Source of the DNA: Peribolospora baueri
Taxonomy: Eukaryota
DNA: 64,000 nt
Direction of reading: 5' to 3'
Assembly: GCA_029717555.1 (NCBI GenBank)
Contig: JAMDHS010000039.1
Coordinates: 124,001 to 188,000 of the forward strand
In this document: positions 13,182 to 23,748 of the stretch, in pieces
Layout: each line of letters begins with the position of its first letter
Position numbering within the stretch: position 1 is the stretch's first letter
The notes under the pieces: model-generated
What the model was told of the DNA's origin: nothing
Database searches by the model: none
Seen by the model: only the letters and a program-made list of their open reading frames with translations
Position numbers and translations under genes: made by a program

Positions 13182-13529
13182 AAGAACCCGGAGATGTCGA
13201 GGAGAGCTCCGGTGGGTGTGCCCCTACGACAACTGCAAAAGGGACGGCCAGGCGCGCATGTCCAAGATGAAGGCCAAGTTGATATAGCACATTGGAGGCG
13301 TTACACGACAATGAAAGGAAGTCATAGTCAAGCCGCCTTGAAAGACGCGAAGGAACGGGTCGACCGCCGTCTCGCTTTTCACAGGAACGAGGCCGAAGAT
13401 GCCCACCACTGCCTTGAAGGCTACCATGGGAAGGCTTGGTCGGACGCTCAAGCATGGCTGGCCAAACCCAGCCGGAAAAGGGAAAGCGAAGAAACGGCAG
13501 CGTCGGCGGATGTGGGGTGGAAGGAATAG
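13182..13529 (+). pseudogene. Possible degenerate coding relic with a C2H2-zinc-finger-like motif
   Basis: After an acceptor-like site (ctttccag, 13181) one frame reads WVCPYDNCKRDGQARMSKMKAKLI*HIGGV. A His follows after a 1-nt shift. Stops occur nearby. Confidence 0.25.
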
Positions 13530-14052
13530 CTAGGGTCGGTCACGAAGGAGATGAACGATCGTAGCAACGCCGTTCTTGCGTCCCCGAAGGGCACGGAAGC
13601 GCTCGGACTGCCGAAGGTGTGCTGGAGTTTGCCACAGGATAGAAGAAATGGCCCCGGCGCTGAAATTTCCTCTCGCAACCTGGATAGCGTTCAGCGTTGA
13701 CCGGAAGTGCGGAGGCCAAATGGAGAGAGATACGAGAATCATCCGTATCGGACTCGTGCTTGTCGCTCCTAACAAGGCAATACTTCTACACCCTCCCTTC
13801 CCGCTAGCGCCTGCTTTCTATCTGTGCTCATGTCCTAAGCACACGGGACGAGTATGTCGTTCCGGCGACAGTAGCGACGGCGGCAATGGATCCCGGCGTG
13901 ACATTCAAAAGGACTAGGGGGGCGAAAGAGTGGTGAAGGAAGTTGCCAATTCAGATCAGTCCTTGCCCCGTCGGCAACGACTGCGCAAAGTAGAAGGCAT
14001 AGCTATCTTTCTTCTTGCTAGTAGAACCTATCAACTGGCTCTCGTTCGTCAC

Positions 14053-15452
14053 CTACTCTCCATCTGAATTACGCAGACTCCGGACGTTCCCTTCGTAAGC
14101 AGCGCGCGAACGCGGTGAACGAGAACGACGCCGCTCGCGGAGGTGCTCGGAGTGGCCATCCCGGAATGGTCTAGATCGATACATGGAGTCACTTGAACCA
14201 ACGGAGCGACCGGCTTTCCAACTCTGGTCTTCCCGGGCGCTGAAAGCACGATCGGCCTCTCCAGCCGTAAAGTCGTAGGTCGCCATACCACCACGGCTTC
14301 GAGGGTGCGGCGTCCATGACCGATGTGAATCATGCCAGTAGCGACAGGAGTTTTCTTTTGTGTCTCTGAACTGTCTATCCCTGCGCAAGGGAGAAGCATC
14401 TAGCTGAGGAGTTTTGGAGAGACGGTCAAGCACGTCGTCGAGCTCCGGACGCATCCACGTCCGCGGCGTCTGGTGAGGCAGAAGGCGTAGGATATGAGTA
14501 AAGCCTTCTGCCGACGAGGCGGTTGGTGGACGGAAGGCAGATGAGAAATCTGACGAAACATAAAAAAGAGCGAGAAATTCTTTAGCGCAGAGAACTCTAG
14601 AGAAAGTCGTTAAATCTGTAAAACTGACTGGGGTACGCACGATGCAAAGCCTCAAGAGCCTGTTCGAAAGAATGAATCGTAGGGTGACCCGTCCTCGTCC
14701 GTAACCGATCTGCGCAGACCTGTTGGGCATATGTATGCCGGGATCACCAATCAGCGGTTCGTCCCGTTGCAGAAGTTACTGCACGTTAACATCAACTCGC
14801 ATTTAACGGCGTCTCAAAAACGACGGCATTGACCTCGACATCTGGAAACTGCCGAGCAAGCGCAACCCAAGTCCTACGTTGTCTGGTGCGCCCAGGAACA
14901 GGGGAACATCCCACCTGCATCAGTCACCGGGTTGAAAGGGGCGAACAACAAACACAGCTGACCTTGCATCCACGTTCGTCCTATCGATTATGACGCTCTG
15001 TCCCCGCGAGAGCTCCGCCCTAGCTCTTTCTTCCACCGCTCGTCTTGATCCTAAGTCGTCTTGATTACACCGAGACCATCCCTTTCAAAGAGAAACAAAA
15101 CGTGTCCCGCAGTGAGCACCACCCGTTCTGATGAGCGGGAAGATTACAAACAAAAGACTGAGTAGATGCAGACTGGGACGAGATCTGCGAGTGCAGAAGC
15201 AACTGAGACGAAAGAGTTGACCCAGATAAAGCGATGAGCAGCTGTTCGTCTTGCCCGCTCCCCTACCAACTTGGATCTGCTCACACGTTGATTTTCCTGA
15301 ACCAATGAGCTGAGGAGGTTCCGCCGATCCAAACGAAGAAGAACATGACAGATATGAGTAATTACTTCGCGATTGACGGACATGGTAGTTGGTCGCCTCA
15401 GTCAGGCCCTTCTCTGACGCGGACCTGAAATCCCGCCTTTCCTGGTGCTCAC
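14053..15452 (-). other. Putative spliced minus-strand transcript (hypothetical small protein or lncRNA)
   Basis: Minus-strand GTGAGC donors at 15452 and 15284 pair with CAG acceptors at ~15310 and ~15203. A downstream 133-codon ORF (14454-14053) contains RRRSRSPRSR. Confidence 0.3.
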
Positions 15453-15894
15453 ACCACACAAAACGAGAACTTGCCGGGTCTGGGAGAGGGTAGTGCGAAT
15501 AGACGGGCGCGCACCGTGAAGCGAAGAGCTCATGGCCGCTGTCCGCTCTGTCTGCGCACGACGACTAACATGGAGGCTTTTTGGTCGTCTTCACAATCCG
15601 CTGACGTCGTCCCGTCGTTTTGTCGGTATTGCGGCTGCCGCAGCACCGCGCGAGCATGCCCGAGCGCCGGCTTCACTTGTCGAGAGGAGTCGTCGCCGTC
15701 GTCGTTGCCGCCATCGTTGTTCTTGTCGTCCATCTGACTGGCCACCAGGCAGAGTCGATCTTCCTTCTCGTTCTTCGCCCCCCAGTCTTAGAATCGGCTA
15801 ACCTCCCGCTCGGCATCACCACCTGTTCGGTTAGACTCTTCTCAAGGTCTCTCTGCTTTCACAAGCTCTTTCCTGCTCGACCGCCTTTCTCAAA

Positions 15895-17355
15895 ATGGCT
15901 TTCAACGACGAAGGAGACCCGGATCCTACGGCGCAGGCCACACCTCGACGCCGTGGTGCCCTCGCAAGTGCCGCCAAGACGGCTTCGTCTCGGTTCTCTC
16001 TCGCCCATGAACTCGCAGCCGCCATGAGTCCAGCGCCGCCGAGCAACGCCCGTCAACTCGCGGAAGAGTACGGAATTGAGCTGGATGAGGAAGATGAGGA
16101 GATGGAGGTGGAAGACGTAGCCGGAGCTGACAGCGGGAGGGAAGCGGCTCTTGCCGCGCTCGAAAGCAGAGGTGATCTCGGCGAGCCGTCCGGACTGGAC
16201 GGTCCATTCAGAGTGGGTGCAGACGTGGAGTCACTTCGCACGCGCACCAGCATATTATCTCTAGGCGATCAACTCTCAGCGCAAGCTCAAGCAGGCGGAG
16301 GCTCACTCGCATCAGAATTGGGAGCGTCATCGGGACCGATGAGCGGCGTGCCCATGATCGAAGTCGACGATGAGGCACACTATGAGGCTACGTCGGCGGC
16401 TCTGGCCGATTCTTTGGAGACTACCGATGTCTTCCTCTCTAAGCTGCGCAGCCTAACCTCGGCGGAGCTGGGAAGCGCCTCACGTTCGACGCGCGGACGA
16501 GAGACAGACGAGCCCTCAAGTATCGAGCGTGTTGCGTCGGATGTCATCAAGCGCATGTACGAGGTCGCCCGTGAACGTGAGGCACAGGTGCGGGAGCTGG
16601 CCGAGATGAATCGCGCCTTTGCGCGTCCGGACGCCGAGTGGCAGGCGGTGCTAGGCGAGCTGGACAGTCTCCCTGAGAGAGAGACCGCTGGAGACGAGGA
16701 TGATAGGTTCGGTGGTGCCCTAAGCGGAACTGGCGGCACTATCGGACGCAATTCCAGTGCTGCCGCCGCACGAAGGCTGGGGAGCTTGGTCGAGGCGGAA
16801 GAGCCAGAGGAGCCGGAAGTGGAAGGCGTGGACGGCCTTGCGCGGCCGTGGGAGGGCGATGTGGACGCGGAGGGTGATGAGCTGGACGACGAGGACGAGG
16901 CGGGTCCACGCACTCCTTCCTCGACTAAGCGCGGCCATGCGAATGGGGCGACGATCTCTAATGGATCGACGCCGACGGAACACTTGAGCCAGCTCAGGAC
17001 CCTCACCTCTTCGCTCATATCGACGCTCTCCAACATCCATGAGCACACGCAGGTCAATCGCGCGACGACAGCGGACGCGGGTCGCAAGCTGCGGAGCCTC
17101 AAAGGGGTGCTGAGCCAATGGAGGACAGAGATGGAAGGCGTGCAGAAGAGCGTGGAATGGATCGAGAAGCACGAGGGCGGCGCCGATGGAGCCCCTCCTC
17201 CAACGGAGACAACATCGACATCATCGACGGGCGAGTGGAAGGGCAGGCGACCGGACGATATCAAGCGTTGGACGGCCGAGCAAATGAAGGGCTTCGAGCT
17301 CGCCCTCGGAGATGCGGAGGCCAAGGCAAGGCAGGTGCTGACGCCGGTGGCGTAA
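15895..17355 (+). CDS. Intronless hypothetical protein, 486 aa, acidic with predicted coiled-coil segments
   Basis: Long ORF with AAAATGG start context and coding-like composition. Helical blocks RFSLAHELAAA, RMYEVAREREAQVRELAEM and DAGRKLRSLKGVLSQWRTEME. Confidence 0.8.
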   Translation: MAFNDEGDPDPTAQATPRRRGALASAAKTASSRFSLAHELAAAMSPAPPSNARQLAEEYGIELDEEDEEMEVEDVAGADSGREAALAALESRGDLGEPSGLDGPFRVGADVESLRTRTSILSLGDQLSAQAQAGGGSLASELGASSGPMSGVPMIEVDDEAHYEATSAALADSLETTDVFLSKLRSLTSAELGSASRSTRGRETDEPSSIERVASDVIKRMYEVAREREAQVRELAEMNRAFARPDAEWQAVLGELDSLPERETAGDEDDRFGGALSGTGGTIGRNSSAAAARRLGSLVEAEEPEEPEVEGVDGLARPWEGDVDAEGDELDDEDEAGPRTPSSTKRGHANGATISNGSTPTEHLSQLRTLTSSLISTLSNIHEHTQVNRATTADAGRKLRSLKGVLSQWRTEMEGVQKSVEWIEKHEGGADGAPPPTETTSTSSTGEWKGRRPDDIKRWTAEQMKGFELALGDAEAKARQVLTPVA

Positions 17356-19275
17356 AATCGCCGTCGACACGTGCGCCCTTGTTCTTCGTCGTCGCTTCGC
17401 GTGCAGAAGCCAACTGCTCAGTAGTACTTGTTTGCCTCATTCGCTCACCGGAGGGGAGTCTATCGCCCTGACCATAGCTGCTCACACAATCTCCACACCG
17501 ACATATACCCTACGCTCGTCGTGTAATTAGATCTGTCATTTGACGCCGTGCACTTCTTCCTTTCCCCTCGTTCATGTCGACACGACCTTTGTCCGCTCCC
17601 TTGTGGCTTCACCTCGTCTTTAGCTTCCCACCCTCCCTCGACTCGATTCGATCGTCCTTCTTGCCTCTTTTCGTCATTCGTTTGACTTTTCATCATCAGC
17701 CAGGAGTATACCTCGTCTCCTCAATACATTCGAGTTCACATGACAAGCGTTATGTTTCGAATCAAGTCCACGTCCAGGGCACACTCTGTCTGCCGACCAC
17801 GGGTACGAAAGATGGGGGATTCCAATTGATAAAGAGTGGGAGGAAAGAGGTGAGGGAGAGAAAGAGGGAACCTTCGGGCCCAGCAAGTTTGGGTGACTTT
17901 CAGATAGACTTAGGCTCGCCGCCGGGGCTCCGCGCGGTGAGGCAAAGGCAACGCCACCATCTCGACGTTGGCCGGGAGCGATAACGATGCCAAAGGACGG
18001 TCGTGCGCGCGCGCTGCACAATGAGTGTCCCTGGGGTTACCCTAGCGATTCGATTACGAAATCGAATTACCGCCGTGTCACCAAACGTACGGGGACGGTC
18101 GGCAGCATCTCGTGTACGGTAAAGTCTATGGACATGACCCGGGGTGGAAGAAAGTCTCATCCATTGGCTTGGGACGCCCAACAACGCCCCAGCGATCCTC
18201 CCCCTCCAATGCTGAGTGGCTGCCTCGACGCTTAACTGGCCATCGAGCGATATCGTCGCGCCCTAGGGCCAGAGCATGCATGGGCAATCGTCACACGTGC
18301 ACCCCAAAGGCGAGACATGCTTGCCTGGAGATAAGGAGGTCCAAGGTTAGCATCAGGGCCGAGCATGAGTTGCACGTTCCGCCTCAGACGATGCTCACCT
18401 TTAGTGGAATCCGAGGCATAGCTCTCGCTTCGACGATTATACGTGGTGGAGCCGGCGTCAACGATACGGACAGTAGCGAGGTTCTTGGAGGAGGCCTGCT
18501 TTGGGTCGATGAATGGTGCTTTACTTTGGGCGTCTTTCAGAGAACACGGGCAAGTCTGGGGAGAGGAAGAGCCAAGGGCGCGTTGATCAGGACGTCTGCT
18601 TGCCGTGCGAGCTTCGAAGACATGTGGGCTCAATATAAATAGTTACGAATCAGATGAGGGAGAGAGGTCACATAGACGTCGTACCATATTGACTCATGAA
18701 ACCTTGTCAGATGCCGGCAGGACAGTCAGAGTGACAAGTCGGCCATCGTTGCTGGGAGGGTCGAAAAAGACGACCACAATAAATAGGCGCACGTTGCACG
18801 CCCAGCGCTGGGCGGCCCAGCGCAGGAGAAATAAAAGAAAGGCAACACATCATCGGGATCTGGGGGAAGGGGGAGAGAGAGGGAGAGCGTTGGTCTCCCC
18901 GTTTGAACGACGTTGCGGACAGCTGTTTTTTTGATGGACTGGCAAGCCATGAGTACCGTGCATGAGTCGCGCTTTCTTCAACGATGGTAACGTAATCGAT
19001 CCTTCTTGCCCCCGCGATAGTCGGACGCAAGACGTTGCGGTTCATCGGTGCTTGCCCGCCTTGACATACAAGCGAGCATGCGAGCTTCGAACGCAAGAAG
19101 GAATCGACAAGGTCCGTGTTGAGAAGGTGAAGTCACGTTTCAGCTCTGACGGGGACATTTTGACGTTGTCGGCGAACTCAAAAAGGCTCGCCGCCGTTCG
19201 CCGTAACTCAAAAGCGCTTCCGACGCGCGGATGATAACGTCCGAACCATCACCACCCTCGCCCACACCCATCTAG

Positions 19276-21586
19276 ATGTCCCTAGACCCCTTGCGGCCGT
19301 CGCCGCCTCCCTCATCTCCTGAATACGACCTCATCGTCGTCGGGTCTGGCAATGCAGGCTTCGCTGCCGCCCTCTCAGCAGCACAGGCGTTCGAAGAGCT
19401 GGCGGCCGCCTCTGACGCCCCTCTATCCACTCCTCCCCGCACCGCTCCCAGGATTCTCCTTATAGATAAGGCGCCGCCCGAATGGAAAGGCGGAAACACC
19501 TACTTCACTGCCGGGGCTTTTCGCACTGTCTTCGGAGGACTGGAAGACCTGGAGGACCTTGGAGCGCTGAAACAAGATCCTCAGCTGGACGAGGAGACGG
19601 AGGATGAACTGGACGAGGACGTCCCCGCAGCTGACGACCACCAGAGGCCCCCACGGAGGCGACGATGTCCACGCCGCAACTTGATAGACATATCCCCCTA
19701 CCCCGCTACCGCGTTCCTTGCTGACCTTCTCCGCGTGACTGCCAACCGGTGCTCTCCAATCCTGAGCGAGGTGCTAGTCAACGAAAGCAGGGAGACCATC
19801 CGCTGGTTGGCCAGCGAGGACGGAGCTAGCATTCCATTCAGGTTGAGCTTTGAGAGACAAGCGTACAAAGTTGGAGGGAGGTATCGGTTCTGGGGAGGGA
19901 TGGTGTTGAACGTGCGAGATGGTGGGAAAGGCCTGGTGGATGCTTATGAGGTACTATATACCATATTGACTCCATTTATGCAATCCGTCAGCCGAGTCGC
20001 TTAACCAACGCCGCTTTTTCGTTTTCAACCTCCTCGTCTTCGCTCTCTCCTTCAGGTAGCGGCCAAGCGCCGCAACATTGAGATCTGCTATTCTACGACC
20101 GCGCTTTCTCTCGAGACCTCTGCCGATGCACCCTCCTCCTCGCCCCCGAAAATCGCCGGCCTCCGAGTCTGTCACCCTTCCCACGCTCCCCCTTCCTTCA
20201 CTATACGCGCGCCCAACATCATTTTCTGCTCGGGAGGTTTCGAATCATCTGCGAGTTGGCGAAGACAGCATTTGGGGGAAGAATGGGGGGCGGCGCGCGT
20301 TCGAGGAACTCCGTACAACGAGGGTGACGGACATAGGATGGTGTTGCATCCTGCGATCGGAGGCAGGAAGGCCGGCCACTGGCAAGGGTGTCATGCTACC
20401 GTTTGGGATGCGGGCACCCGGGCAGATAGAGGAGACAGGGTGCTGGTAAGTAGTCTACGGTATGGGCCGCGTAACGCCTCATCTTGTCTGACCATGATTA
20501 CGGAAATCTGCGTTCGGCTCAACGGTCAGACGAACCAATTCACCAAGTCGGGTGAGTTGGCGTGCAAGCTCACGCTTGCGAAAAATGACGATCGGGTCGA
20601 TCGTGTCTGACCAGGCAATATCCGTTGTTCTGCTTAGGCTACCCCCTCGGCCTGATGGTCAATTCCAACGGCCAGCGTTTTGCCGACGAAGGCGCTGATA
20701 TGAGGTACTCGTTCGTTTACTTGAGGCGTTCATTTTGTCGTCCTCCACTCACAGCTTTCGTCCACATCCATGTTTTCAGGAACTATACATATGCCGAGAT
20801 GGTGAGCAAACAAGTCTGGTTATCCGTCATTGTCTCTGCCTGTCCTAACCGTCCGTTGGTCATGCGTATCCTTTTGAAGGGTCACAAGATTCTCAGACAA
20901 CCATCGTCAATTGCCTTTCAAGTTTGGGACACCGCCGGCGCGGCATGGCTTCGCTCGGAGGAGTACGCGGACGGCGTCGTGCAGGGATCCGGAAAGATTA
21001 CCGCCTCGTCGATTCAACAGCTCGCCGAAAAGCTCGCCGCCACCGAGGGCCTAGCGGATCCGATCAAGTTTGTGGAGACCATCGATCGGTACAACGCGGC
21101 CTGTTACGCGTTCCGGGAGGAACACCAGGCCGTCGAATTCGACCCTTCGCGAAAGGACGGCTTATCGACGCAGTCTTCGAAATTCTCGCTAGAAATTCCG
21201 AAGAGCAACTGGGCGACACCTTTGGACAAACCCCCATTTCTGGCTGTAAAAGTTACAGCTGGTATCACATTCACTTTCGGAGGCATAGAAGTAGATGCTT
21301 CCGACGCAGGCGTCGTAGGAATGGACGGCGTCAAGGTCCCAGGCCTTTGGGCAGCAGGAGAGCTGGCAGGAGGCGTGTTCTGGGGCAATTAGTGAGTACA
21401 GAGATTGAGAACGAGGAAGACATCATGTTACTGGCATTGACTGCGGTTGTAAATCTTTTTTTCTCCTCTTGCTCGTCTAGCCCGGGAGGCAGCGGCTTGA
21501 CATGGGGCGCGGTCATGGGCCGCAAAGCTGGTCGCGCAGCCGCTCAGAACGCTTGGCATCAGGAGCGCCCTTCGAAGAGCGGATGA
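19276..21586 (+). CDS. FAD-dependent oxidoreductase, TcuA (tricarballylate dehydrogenase)/CobZ-like, succinate dehydrogenase/fumarate reductase flavoprotein superfamily
   Basis: YDLIVVGSGNAGFAAALSAA, KGGNTYFTAGAFR, FWGGMVL, ARVRGTPYNEGDG, GHWQGCHATVWD, TNQFTKSGYPLGLMVN, RNYTYAE, KSNWATPLDKPPF, GITFTFGG, PGLWAAGELAGG, PGGSGLTWGAVMGRKAG. Six introns. Confidence 0.88.
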
Positions 21587-21817
21587 GAAAATTCCATGAA
21601 CAAGGAAGAATCAGTGATACGTACGGTTGTTCGAACACATGGAACGGGGACTTCAGACGCCCGTGTAAACGTACGGCCCTGGCCAGCTGTCGAGACGTAC
21701 ACCAATACTCCTGTAGACCGGAACGATCACGGACTCGTTATCCGAGTCGAACGTTGAAAACAAGGGACAGATGAAACGGTACAGTTGTGGACGTGAGCGA
21801 CGAGGGTGACAGATCAC

Positions 21818-23110
21818 TCATGAGATAGACCGCCGTCTCCTCGCGACAACCAAAAGAGGCGGCGACATGAGAACGAAAGCGTCGGAAGTCCTTTCTTCGA
21901 ATGTCGCTGGATCGAACTGGTGCAAACTCGAAGTCGAACGTCATCACAAGGCTGGAAAGGACGGTCTGCCGCAGAAGAAAGTAATCGTTTGAGTTGAGTG
22001 TAAGGATTCACGCAGGGCGGAGACAGGACTCACCAGCAGTAGCAAACGTCCTTCTGATCGTCTGAAATTCAGGCAAGCCTTTCGGCAAATCGTCTTTTAA
22101 CGTATCTGTGCATGTCGGTGGTGGGGAAGAAGAGGCGTAAGAGTGGCAAAGCCCAGTTGATACACGTCCCCACAATCAATCTCTTGCTTTGATGGCGGAG
22201 TGCGGAGAGGACGGCGTCGGCTTGCGCGTCAGGCGTCGGTGCTGTGCCGTACCTGGAATCCAGGTCGGAGATAAGAGTGAACCGTACGACAAGACATGAC
22301 GGAAGGAAAGGGGGGGGGGGCAATCATAATGGAAAACGCACTGAAATTGAACGTGAAGAAGCTTAACCGCTGCTTCAGATCAATCGTCTCGCCTTGTCCT
22401 TCTATGCCTTCCAGCAGGCCCTGCATACGTTGCAGCAGCGTCGGCTCATAGTCTTTCAGCGATGTCGAGGACATGGCACGAGACCACGGCTTGCGTCTGA
22501 CGTTGTGATAAGACGCAGGCACGGCCGTTAAGAGGCTCCTGACAATTCGATTCGGCCATAGTAGATGTGATGTGATCATCAAGCACTCCACCAAGCACTC
22601 TCTGGATGTGGCGGAAACAACGGAGCTCACATTTGCGAGCCCATTCTGGCAGAGTCGTAGACAAGGCCGGCGTTCCTCAGGAACTCCTTATGGTAGCATG
22701 TGAGAATCGAAGGGCGAGGTAAGTCAAACTCACCAATTCGGACATAGTCGCCGTACTTCTCGTGCATCTCCTTAAGCTGCTCGCGCCATCTGTCGAATTG
22801 ACAAAACGGTAGGCCATCCACATTCGAGACACTCTGGCGAAGACAGGTCCCGGGTAAGCGCTCAGAGAGTGTTTGAAGAGGGGATGCAGGCGGAAACCTA
22901 AGAATGCCCCAAGGATAGACGGGAAACAGGTGCGTCCAGTAGAGCTTAAGCGCGTGAGGCAGGGTTAGAGACGTCGACAGCGGACCGTCAGGCGCCCGCG
23001 TGAGGGTCCATGGAATGAGGCACACCAGCGTACGCGAAGAGCGAGAGTGCTAGGAACAGGTGAGACTCATGCTTGCGCGTAATGGCGTGTGTCAGCTGCT
23101 CAAACGACCA
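21818..23110 (-). pseudogene. Cytochrome P450 pseudogene with internal deletion, stop codon and frameshift
   Basis: N-terminal motifs LKEMHEKYGDYVRIG and HNVRRKPWSRAMSSTSLKDYEPTL...IDLKQRLSFFTF. Stop at 22069-22071. The sequence then goes directly to the terminal exon TVLSSLVMTFDFEFAP-(shift)-FDPATFEERTSDAFVLMSPPLLVVARRR*. No I-helix, ExxR or heme-Cys motif was seen. The 5' end is approximate. Confidence 0.8.
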
Positions 23111-23748
23111 TGGAAAGAAGGATCAGCAATTCGCCTTAAAGAGAGCGTACAGCACGTAAAGTGCACCCACCACCGCCAGGGCAGCTGGTATCATGCTAGT
23201 CGAAAGCCAATGGTGCTAGGCGAGAGCCATATGTGCTGAAGCGTACATACGGTGCCAGAAGAGCAATCTGCAAGCAAAGCAACCTGAAGACGGTGTGAAC
23301 CGGCTCCAGATCTGAAAGACAGTGTGGAAGTGAGAGCACCGCTGCGCCTATGAGTGGACGAGTTGACTGGACTGTTGCTCCGTATTTGTGTCGACTCATG
23401 GCGCGGGGAACGGCGTCCCTGCTCCGATGGCCAACGGTGATCCCACGGCGTCACCATAACGTTACCCCAAGCGAGTGAGTGCTGTACATAATTACTGCGC
23501 GGAGGTGCATGGCAATTGCTCGCTCGCCGCGCACCTGACTGGTCGGTCGTCACTAATCAGAATAGATGCTATAGATATTAGGAACCTTGATGGCGGTTGG
23601 GGTGGGACGCGTGCCTTCACGGACATGGACGGACATGGACGGAGTGACAGGGCGGTCTTGCCCTTCCCCTTTCCCCTCGGCCGGTCCTCCGCCCTCGTTC
23701 ACGCCACTCGGCCGCCGCCTACCCAACACCGTGTCGCAACCAGCAGCC

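Noticed and set aside
16380..17324. 314-aa minus-strand ORF
   Set aside because: Ser-rich antisense shadow of the 486-aa gene, expected from GC-rich codon bias.
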